Shown: in pieces, positions 37,666 to 44,884 of the stretch | How the letters are laid out: each line of letters begins with the position of its first letter | How positions within the stretch are numbered: position 1 is the stretch's first letter | Source of the DNA: an uncultured Candidatus Saccharibacteria bacterium | GTDB taxonomy: Bacteria; Patescibacteriota; JABMPQ01; JAQVVF01 | NCBI GenBank assembly: GCA_964574655.1 | Contig: CAZNOH010000004.1 | Coordinates: 66,046 to 130,045 of the forward strand | Reading direction: 5' to 3' | DNA: 64,000 bases | Notes under the pieces: model-generated | Seen by the model: only the letters and a program-made list of their open reading frames with translations | Databases searched by the model: none | Told to the model about the DNA's origin: nothing | Position numbers and translations under genes: made by a program

Positions 37666-39105
37666 TTAATAAATGTATTCAAAATATTTATTTAGCTGTT
37701 TACTGTTTTGGTCAAAAATATATGGCAGATACTTCATTAAAGTTGGAAATTTTTTAGAAGCCTGCTCATACATTTTCGTGCCAACGAAACGGTAGGAAAC
37801 ATGACCGCCTGGATTTGCGCCGCGATAAAAACAGAAATAATATAATTCTCTTAAGTTCATTTTCATTAAAAATCTGCGGGCAAATGATTTCGTTGCAATA
37901 TAACCAGCTTCATTAGGAAATTTTTTGGAGATCATTTTATATGCCTTGTCTGTTTCTTCCATAACTTCTTTGTATTCTTTTTCTAAACCGGCTAAAACAA
38001 AAGCTCTTGGAATAAAATAACCATGCTTTGTTGTTACTGTTTGCGCTAATTGAGTCATGATTCTGTTTCTTTTTAAATCAGCATAAGCTCCTTGATCAAT
38101 TAATACATCAAAAGTAAAATAAGGAAGCTCTAAGGCGCGCAACGGCTTGTCATGTTTACCGATCCTCTTCAAAATATTATCAAGCAATTTTTCTCTGTCT
38201 ATTTTTTTTAAATTTTTTGCTTTTTGATAAGCTCTTTTATATGGGATATTCGAGAATTGATAAATAACTGCTGCCAATACTTTGTTTTCGGAATCTAAGT
38301 CAAAATCAACTAATTCAACTAAATTTTCTTTGCCTAAGTATTTTTTTTCAGCGCCTAAAATTGTTTTTACTTTTTTAGGTAAAATTTTATAAGAATCAAT
38401 TAGATAACTATTTGGATCAGCATATTTAACTAAAGTTGGCGTAATTTTTAATGCTTCTTTTTTTACTTGTTTAGCAATATTTTGAACTTCTGACAATGGA
38501 TGAGAAAACCATTTTATTAAAGCATTTTCATAAGTCCTTGCATTTGAAGTCATGCCAAGATTTGCGAAACACGCATTTGGCAAAAGATAACGGCACATAT
38601 CAATCCATTTAGATCTTACTCTTCCCTCATATCCTTTTTGATCTTCTTCTTTTTCTTTTGGATTTTCTTGAAAGATAATTTCTTGGACTGGCTTGATGCT
38701 TTTTTTATACAACGCGAACTGCAATTTTATTGTCTCGTGAAATAATTTGTTTATTAGTTTATCATTCTTAAATTCAGAAGGATAATAAACTCGATCTTCA
38801 TCATAAATTTGATAGCGTGAAGATTTCTCTGTGTAAGAAGCTAACCTGTTTGATTCAATTGCTTCAACTGCTAAAAGAGAAATATTTTCCATGGCAATAG
38901 AAATCGGCGCGTGTTCCGCAACTGAAGAGTGGCCATAGCCGACAACCCATTTTTCATGGAATTTTGATGAATTTTCGGCAGTTAGGCCGGCAGCAATTTC
39001 CTTAAAGGATTTGTCTGAACGCGAGCACTTTGCAAAAGTAACGGCGCGAACTTCTGGCGATAATCCCTCCAACGCATAAATTTGACAACAGTTTTTGCTT
39101 GGCAT
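37666..39105 (-). CDS. thyX: FAD-dependent thymidylate synthase ThyX (long form)
   Basis: YGHSSVAEHA motif and a C-terminal ThyX-like block. Confidence 0.55.
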   Translation of the reverse strand: MPSKNCCQIYALEGLSPEVRAVTFAKCSRSDKSFKEIAAGLTAENSSKFHEKWVVGYGHSSVAEHAPISIAMENISLLAVEAIESNRLASYTEKSSRYQIYDEDRVYYPSEFKNDKLINKLFHETIKLQFALYKKSIKPVQEIIFQENPKEKEEDQKGYEGRVRSKWIDMCRYLLPNACFANLGMTSNARTYENALIKWFSHPLSEVQNIAKQVKKEALKITPTLVKYADPNSYLIDSYKILPKKVKTILGAEKKYLGKENLVELVDFDLDSENKVLAAVIYQFSNIPYKRAYQKAKNLKKIDREKLLDNILKRIGKHDKPLRALELPYFTFDVLIDQGAYADLKRNRIMTQLAQTVTTKHGYFIPRAFVLAGLEKEYKEVMEETDKAYKMISKKFPNEAGYIATKSFARRFLMKMNLRELYYFCFYRGANPGGHVSYRFVGTKMYEQASKKFPTLMKYLPYIFDQNSKQLNKYFEYIY

Positions 39106-39186
39106 AAGATGATTTAATATATTAAGATGTTCTTTTTATTTTATGAAAAAATTAAGAAAAAGACAAGAGGGAAAAGGAGGACAAGC

Positions 39187-39789
39187 ATGCAACTGCACGA
39201 AATTGAAGCAGGACTAGCTAGCATAACTTCGGGTTTGCAGGGAGAAATTAGGTATGGCAGTCTGACATGTGCTAATCCGGAAAATGTTTTAGCTCATACT
39301 GTAAAACTTGGCATTGTAATCCAGTGGCTGAAACTGATGATTGAGCTTCATGATCCAGAGAAATACTTTGACGGAGAATTACTTTCTGATTTGGCCTTGA
39401 TTCATGATTTCGGCGAAGCTCATGAAAATTTCGGCGACATTGCAGAGCCTCTAAAGACAGAAATGGATGAGGAAACTGAACAACTGTCATTTTTGGAGAT
39501 GATCGAATTCTTGCCTGAAATTGTCAGAACAAGGCTTTGGAAACTGTATGATGTCCAAAAAGCGGACTCAATTGAAAGCAAACTTTTTAGAGTTTCAGAG
39601 CTATTGGTAAGAATTTTTTATTGTTTGAGAGAAATCCAGGTTGGAAATACATGCTTTTGGAAAGTGTTTTGGAATGAGTATGAAAAGATTCAGCCTTTTT
39701 TGAAAGAATTCAATGGCTTAAGAGTTATGTTCGTTCCAATCCAAGAATTTGCTGATTTAGTACGATCGCAAACACCAAGCGAACCTTAA
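39187..39789 (+). CDS. HD-domain phosphohydrolase (YfbR-like 5'-deoxynucleotidase candidate)
   Basis: H...HTVKL...LIHDFGEAH motif order; SD ggagga upstream of the ATG at 39187. Confidence 0.45.
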   Translation: MQLHEIEAGLASITSGLQGEIRYGSLTCANPENVLAHTVKLGIVIQWLKLMIELHDPEKYFDGELLSDLALIHDFGEAHENFGDIAEPLKTEMDEETEQLSFLEMIEFLPEIVRTRLWKLYDVQKADSIESKLFRVSELLVRIFYCLREIQVGNTCFWKVFWNEYEKIQPFLKEFNGLRVMFVPIQEFADLVRSQTPSEP

Positions 39790-39830
39790 AATAAAAAGGC
39801 TATTTCTAGCCTTTTTTTATTTATCTTTTT

Positions 39831-40661
39831 TTAAACTTTAATTTTTATTCCAGGCCCCATAGTAGAGCAAATTGTAATGGTCTTAATAAAGTTGCCTTTT
39901 ACTTTTTCTGGTTTTAATTTTTTTAATTCTTCAATGAAAGTTGTTAAATTTTCAGCTAATTTTTTGGAATCAAATGTGGCTTTTCCAATCATCAGATGAA
40001 TAATGCCGTTAGCATCATTTTTGAAAGCTGTTTTTCCGCCCATCAATTCCTTGATTGTCTTTTCAGGAGTCGGACTAACTGTCTGATTTTTCGGAGTTGG
40101 CATCAAGCCTTTTGGACCAATAATTTTGGCAATCTGGCCTAATTTTGGCATCATTTTTGGCTCAGCGACAGCTATGTCAAAATCGCATTTTTTAGTTTCT
40201 TTGATTTGCTTAATCAATTCTTCACCGCCGACAATTTCAGCGCCTGCTTCTTTACAAGCTGCTTGATTTTGTTCTTCAACGAATGCGGCTATTCTAATTT
40301 TTCGGCCAGTTTCATTTGGAAATTTTACAGAGCCGCGAACCATTTGATCAGATTTGCCTAAATCAATTCCAAGTCGTGTATGGATTTCGATTGAACCATC
40401 AAATTTTGTTGTTGAAGTTTTCTTAGCTAATTCGATTGCTTCTGCGATAGAATATCTTTGACTTTTAATTTCTTTTTTTAATGCAGAATATCTCTTGCTT
40501 CTTTTGCGAGGTTGTCTTATTTTAGGTTTTTTAACTTTTTCTTTCTTTTCAGTTTTTTCAGCCTTCTGTTCCTTGTCTGTCTTTACTTTCTCTACAGTTT
40601 CTTTTTTTTCGTTCTTAACTTCGCTTGCTTTTTTCTCTTTAATTTCTTTTTCTTTTGCCAT
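39831..40661 (-). CDS. rplA: ribosomal protein L1 with a Lys-rich N-terminal extension
   Basis: Canonical L1 core (KRYSALK...GSIEIHTRLGIDLGKSDQMVRG...). Confidence 0.9.
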   Translation of the reverse strand: MAKEKEIKEKKASEVKNEKKETVEKVKTDKEQKAEKTEKKEKVKKPKIRQPRKRSKRYSALKKEIKSQRYSIAEAIELAKKTSTTKFDGSIEIHTRLGIDLGKSDQMVRGSVKFPNETGRKIRIAAFVEEQNQAACKEAGAEIVGGEELIKQIKETKKCDFDIAVAEPKMMPKLGQIAKIIGPKGLMPTPKNQTVSPTPEKTIKELMGGKTAFKNDANGIIHLMIGKATFDSKKLAENLTTFIEELKKLKPEKVKGNFIKTITICSTMGPGIKIKV

Positions 40662-40694
40662 TGTAATTTGCTTTAAGCATTTTTAATTAACTTT

Positions 40695-40730
40695 ACTTGT
40701 CCGCCGAAGTCATCTGGACGAAGGCGGAGA
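40695..40730 (+). repeat. family-A element (copy d)
   Basis: cttgtccgccgaagtcatctggacgaaggcggagat. Confidence 0.65.
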
Positions 40731-40866
40731 TATAAAGATTAATTAATAAAACTTAAAGTGTGTGGTTTTAACGCTCGTTTAAGCTCCCACGATTATTATT
40801 TTAATGATATTAATAAGAATAAATCACGAAGCCAATTCCTGTAATAGCTTTTTGAAATAAGCTAAA

Positions 40867-41460
40867 CTATTTATCCGCCGGAGTTCTAGAGGACGAAGGC
40901 GGATTGATATTTAAAACAATTATCGTAATCGTATTAGTAAAAAGAAGAATAAATGCAACTATTGCTTCCAATGTTGCGAACAACTCAACCTGATTCAGCA
41001 ATGCGCCATAAGGTATCAGGTAAAAAACATTGAGCATAAATGGGAAATGACGCAATTTATATGATTCTACCACGCTTGATGAGAAAATCAAGAGCAAATT
41101 GAAGGCAATTAAAAGGGCTGCAATTTTGAAAGTGATTATATTGCCAAACGCTAAGGAAAGTGGCCAGCCTGCAGTTCTAAAAAACCTATCTAGAACTGTG
41201 TCATAATAGGTCCCAAATGGCGTGACTTTGCTTAATCGCCTTGCCATGGTGCCATCTAAATAATCAAAAAAATAATCACAAGCAATAAAAATTCCACCTA
41301 GAACTATTTGCCCATTATAAAAAAAATATAGCACTAAAATCTTAAAAAAAAGAGCGAAAAGGGTAAGCTTGTTTGGAGACAACCCCATTCGCTCTAAGAT
41401 TTTGTAGAACTTAAGCGGTAAAATATTGTCTGAATATTTTTTTATTTCCCTGATGAACAT
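40867..41460 (-). CDS. CDP-alcohol phosphatidyltransferase family protein
   Basis: DYFFDYLDGTMARRL...GTYYDTVLD matches the D(x)2DG(x)2AR...G(x)3D motif; the C-terminal 13 aa and the stop are encoded by a family-A element. Confidence 0.7.
   Translation of the reverse strand: MFIREIKKYSDNILPLKFYKILERMGLSPNKLTLFALFFKILVLYFFYNGQIVLGGIFIACDYFFDYLDGTMARRLSKVTPFGTYYDTVLDRFFRTAGWPLSLAFGNIITFKIAALLIAFNLLLIFSSSVVESYKLRHFPFMLNVFYLIPYGALLNQVELFATLEAIVAFILLFTNTITIIVLNINPPSSSRTPADK
40870..40908 (+). repeat. family-A element (copy e), overlapping the 3' end of the CDP-alcohol phosphatidyltransferase gene
   Basis: tttatccgccggagttctagaggacgaaggcggattgat; the minus strand encodes ...INPPSSSRTPADK*. Confidence 0.65.
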
Positions 41461-41470
41461 TAAAGTTTTA

Positions 41471-41893
41471 TTAACCTTTGACGGTTATGCCCATATTTCT
41501 TGCTGTGCCTTCAATAATTTTCATTGCTTGTTCAATATCATCGGTATTAAGATCAGGCATCTTTTTCTTAGCGATCTCTTGAATTTGAGCTTTTGTAACA
41601 ACACCAACTTTTTGTTTATTAGGTGTTCCTGAACCTTTTTTTATTTTAGCTGCTTTTTTTAGAAGTTCAGCTGCAGGAGAAGTTTTTAAAACAAAATCAT
41701 AAGTTCGATCTTCAAAAACTGTGATTTCTACAGGAATAATATCGCCTGCTTTATCTTTTGTTGCGGAATTAAATTTTGTACAAAATTCCTGAATATTCAA
41801 ACCATGCTGACCCAATGCTGGGCCAATTGGAGGGGCAGGATTTGCTTTTGCAGCGGGGATTTGAAGCTTGATAACTGTTTTGATCTTAGCCAT
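41471..41893 (-). CDS. rplK: ribosomal protein L11
   Basis: [34 protein letters not shown]. Confidence 0.95.
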   Translation of the reverse strand: MAKIKTVIKLQIPAAKANPAPPIGPALGQHGLNIQEFCTKFNSATKDKAGDIIPVEITVFEDRTYDFVLKTSPAAELLKKAAKIKKGSGTPNKQKVGVVTKAQIQEIAKKKMPDLNTDDIEQAMKIIEGTARNMGITVKG

Positions 41894-41934
41894 AATGATA
41901 TTTAATACTTAGTTAATAATTGACGTGAGTATAA

Positions 41935-42030
41935 TACGAATGACCATACGAATAATGCGAATGATACAAATTGCGAATACGTCGATTCGTAATTCGCAAC
42001 ATTCGCATTATTCGCATACGCATTCGTATC
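41935..42030. repeat. inverted array of ATTCGCA/TGCGAAT heptamers in the rplK leader
   Basis: Four or five [TA][AG]CGAAT copies, then five ATTCG[CT]A copies, forming an imperfect palindrome of about 95 bp. Confidence 0.7.
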
Positions 42031-42037
42031 ATCATAT

Positions 42038-42583
42038 TTACCACTTTGTCTTGTGAATGCCTAGCCAGAATCCAATTCTGTTGATTAATATGTGGAAAAA
42101 CGGAACTAGAATTAACAAGATAACGTAAACTGGCCAACTCGGACGAAAATAGAATGATACGAAGATTAATGCGCCTAGAATAAAATCAATCTGATCCCAA
42201 GGAATAAATTTCTGACCTGGCTTTACATCGACTTGACGTTTGAAAAAACTTTTGATTGTATCCCCGACCATCGCACCTAGTCCAGACAATAAACCGAATA
42301 GTATAAAATTATACTCTCTAAACGGGAAGATTGTCAAGGATTGAAAGAATTCAAAACTGAAATAAAGATAGGCTTGAATGCCAGCAATTATGACACCAAC
42401 AATTATAGCTGCAAAATATCCACGCCATGTCTTGTGATCACCGAAGATTCTCTGACCGCGAAAACTTTTTCCGAAATCAACAGGAATATTTAGGAAATTA
42501 ATTTTTTTAGCAAAAACAGGAGCCATGTTGGCAATACCCGCTGGTAAAATAAAATATAACGCTTGAATTATTAAATAGAACAT
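42038..42583 (-). CDS. CarS-like CTP-transferase membrane protein (CDP-archaeol synthase/DUF46 family)
   Basis: RIFGDHKTWRG motif; four or five TM helices. Confidence 0.5.
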   Translation of the reverse strand: MFYLIIQALYFILPAGIANMAPVFAKKINFLNIPVDFGKSFRGQRIFGDHKTWRGYFAAIIVGVIIAGIQAYLYFSFEFFQSLTIFPFREYNFILFGLLSGLGAMVGDTIKSFFKRQVDVKPGQKFIPWDQIDFILGALIFVSFYFRPSWPVYVILLILVPFFHILINRIGFWLGIHKTKW

Positions 42584-42608
42584 TTATTTAATATAAACTA
42601 AATAATTA

Positions 42609-43154
42609 TTATATTTTCTTGATTTGCAAGAAATCTAATTCAACTGGAGTTTCACGTCCGAACATATTAACTAATACCTTAACTGTTCCTTTTTCTTCAT
42701 CAATTTTGTTGACCTTGCCATCGAAATCTTTGAATGGGCCATCTGTGATTTTGATAGTTTCGCCTATGCATACGTCAATTTTGAATTTTGGCTCGTCTAC
42801 TCCCATTCTCTTTTTCAATGATTCATATTCTTTTTCTGAAATAGGCAGAGGAATTGTTCCAGAGCCGATGAAACCTGTTACATTAGGAGTGTTTCTGACA
42901 ACGTACCATGATTCATCAGTTACAATCATTTCAACTAAAACATAGCCAGGATATACCTTTTCTTCAATTGTTTTTCTTTTGCCATTTTTAATTTTGATCT
43001 TTTTTTCTTTTGGAACTAAAACATCAAAAATCTTGTCCTGCATATTCATGGACTCAATTCTTTGTTTTAGGTTTTCAGAAACATTCTCTTCGTAACCAGA
43101 ATAAGTATGCAAAACATACCATTGTCTTTCTTTCGGGCCTATTTGCTTTGGCAT
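42609..43154 (-). CDS. nusG: transcription antiterminator NusG
   Basis: NGN and KOW domains (WYVLHTYSGYE...GETIKITDGPFKDFDGKV). Confidence 0.9.
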   Translation of the reverse strand: MPKQIGPKERQWYVLHTYSGYEENVSENLKQRIESMNMQDKIFDVLVPKEKKIKIKNGKRKTIEEKVYPGYVLVEMIVTDESWYVVRNTPNVTGFIGSGTIPLPISEKEYESLKKRMGVDEPKFKIDVCIGETIKITDGPFKDFDGKVNKIDEEKGTVKVLVNMFGRETPVELDFLQIKKI

Positions 43155-43199
43155 AAGTTAAAAAAGTTAAAAGTAAAAATTCAAAAGTTAAAAATAATA

Positions 43200-43397
43200 T
43201 TAAATAAATATTTGCAGAACTTTGGCAAACGCATAATCAAAAATTCCCAAAAAAGCAGCTGTTGCTAATGAGATGCCAATGACTATTAAAGTATGGCGAA
43301 ACAATTCTTGTTTGGTTGGCCAAACAACTTTTTTCATTTCTTCTTTAGATTCTTTGAAATAATTAATGATCTTTGGAAAAATCTCTTTGATCTTCAT
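43200..43397 (-). CDS. secE: preprotein translocase SecE
   Basis: 65 aa with a single C-terminal TM helix; located upstream of nusG. Confidence 0.85.
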   Translation of the reverse strand: MKIKEIFPKIINYFKESKEEMKKVVWPTKQELFRHTLIVIGISLATAAFLGIFDYAFAKVLQIFI

Positions 43398-43409
43398 AAA
43401 TTTTTTTTA

Positions 43410-43450
43410 CTTGTCCTCCGGAGTTTCGCGGAGCGAAATGCAGGAGGATT
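43410..43450 (+). repeat. family-A element (copy c)
   Basis: cttgtcctccggagtttcgcggagcgaaatgcaggaggatt. Confidence 0.6.
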
Positions 43451-43596
43451 AAAAAACAGCGGCTGGAACCACTATTTATTAGTTCCATTATAATTTATTA
43501 AAAATGTATTGTCAAGAGCTTTTGTTTTGTATATACTTGAGTATGCTCTTTCAAGGTCAGAAAAAATAGCTAACCCCTAACCGAGGAGGAAGGAAA

Positions 43597-43950
43597 ATGA
43601 GAAAGACAGGTTTGTTGTTGGTTGTTATGCTCATTATTTTGGCAATTTGTTCTTTTTCAAAAAACATTTTTGCGATGGCTTGCGAAGGTGAAGCAGAAAA
43701 AGCTTGTGATTATAACTATCATGAATGGTTTTATCCGGCTGAAGATTTCGATTTGATGAAATGCGTTGCAGGTTGCTACAGCTTGGAAACAAATGCCAGA
43801 ACTGATGCGAAGAGGATTTGCTGTTGGGATGATGATGACGGAAATCTCGAAGAACAGTGTTACTTTTTCTTGGATGATTATTTTGCTTTTTATGATGAAT
43901 TGTACGAAATTTCTGATGTGGGAAATTTCGCTGTTTTCATGATTCAGTAG
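43597..43950 (+). CDS. secreted cysteine-rich small protein P1
   Basis: MRK...signal peptide; 8 Cys; motif ICCWDDDDG; SD aggagga. Confidence 0.55.
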   Translation: MRKTGLLLVVMLIILAICSFSKNIFAMACEGEAEKACDYNYHEWFYPAEDFDLMKCVAGCYSLETNARTDAKRICCWDDDDGNLEEQCYFFLDDYFAFYDELYEISDVGNFAVFMIQ

Positions 43951-43974
43951 CTCCCCAACCAAGGAGGAAAGACG

Positions 43975-44265
43975 ATGAGAAAAGCAAGTTTGTTGTTGGC
44001 AATTTTCATTCTGATGCTGTGTTCATGTATCATGGAAAAGAAAGCAAACGCACTGTTTTTAGTTGGAGAGGGAGTACCCATTTTCGCATTTAATGACATA
44101 TCTTACTGTATGTCGCAAGAAGGCTTTACTGGCAAAGAAAAAAGCTGGAAGGATTCTAAGAGTTTGATCAGGGAATGCATCTCTTGGCTAGAAGTTTGTC
44201 AGCCAGAATATCTTGATGGCACATTATCAGATTGGATCGATTATGCAAATTCTTGCCATCCCTAG
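43975..44265 (+). CDS. secreted cysteine-rich small protein P2
   Basis: MRKASLLLAIF signal peptide; SD aaggagga. Confidence 0.5.
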   Translation: MRKASLLLAIFILMLCSCIMEKKANALFLVGEGVPIFAFNDISYCMSQEGFTGKEKSWKDSKSLIRECISWLEVCQPEYLDGTLSDWIDYANSCHP

Positions 44266-44284
44266 AAAAGAAGGAGGAAGGAAG

Positions 44285-44557
44285 ATGAGAAAAGCTGGAC
44301 TAGCTGTGATTCTCTTTGTTTGTCTGTTGTGTTTGGCAACTGACAAGGCCGAAGCTTATCTGAGCCATTTTGGCGGACACATTGAGATAGTGGTGGCTTC
44401 ACCAACCAAAGAAGATTGTTTGGAAGATGAATCTTTTCCTTGGAAGGATTGCTGTTGGAAAGACGAGGACAGTCTCTATGAAGCCTGTGATGCATGGTTT
44501 CGTGGCTGGCCTTGGTCGCCAGAAGAATTTGAAAAGGAAAATTCTTGTCGCCACTAG
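44285..44557 (+). CDS. secreted cysteine-rich small protein P3
   Basis: MRKAGLAVIL signal peptide; motif DCCWKDEDS; SD gaaggaggaagg. Confidence 0.55.
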   Translation: MRKAGLAVILFVCLLCLATDKAEAYLSHFGGHIEIVVASPTKEDCLEDESFPWKDCCWKDEDSLYEACDAWFRGWPWSPEEFEKENSCRH

Positions 44558-44571
44558 AAGGAGGAAGGAAG

Positions 44572-44862
44572 ATGAGAAAAGCCAAGTGGTTGTTGATGTT
44601 GATGTTTTTGTGTGTATGTGGAATTTGTCTGACTGAAACGAAAAGTGAAGCATTGACTTGCTGGGATGGTTATTGCTGTTGTGATAATGGCGATATGGTC
44701 TGCAATGCAATTTGTAGTTCTACAAGGGAATTAGCATGCTATTTGGAAAATAATAATAAAGATCGAGCTTGCTGTTGGCTAAAAGATGGCGGATCAAGAG
44801 AAAGTGATTGCAAGGCAGAACTGGCAAAAAGCAAATCAGGACATGTGTTCATTTTGTACTAA
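44572..44862 (+). CDS. secreted cysteine-rich small protein P4
   Basis: MRKAKWLLML signal peptide; CWDGYCCCDNGD and ACCWLKDGG; SD identical to that of P3. Confidence 0.55.
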   Translation: MRKAKWLLMLMFLCVCGICLTETKSEALTCWDGYCCCDNGDMVCNAICSSTRELACYLENNNKDRACCWLKDGGSRESDCKAELAKSKSGHVFILY

Positions 44863-44884
44863 GAGACTAGGTCTCTTTTTTTAT
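44862..44884. terminator. bidirectional terminator hairpin between P4 and gyrB
   Basis: agagac-tag-gtctct followed by a T-run. Confidence 0.65.

Noticed and set aside
37554-37757. 67-aa ORF on the + strand
   Set aside because: It is the translation of the TTCTGCG inverted repeat array, lies within an intergenic region, and has no RBS.
41913-42137. 74-aa ORF rich in Met/Arg/His (MIRMRMRIMRML...) on the minus strand
   Set aside because: It is the translation of the ATTCGCA/TGCGAAT heptamer array in the rplK leader and has no coding signal.
44213-44571. N-terminal extensions of P3 and P4 in the ORF track (MMAHYQ..., MSPLEGGRK)
   Set aside because: They run across the previous gene's stop and the SD. 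The real starts are the MRK codons, each preceded by the conserved aaggaggaagg.
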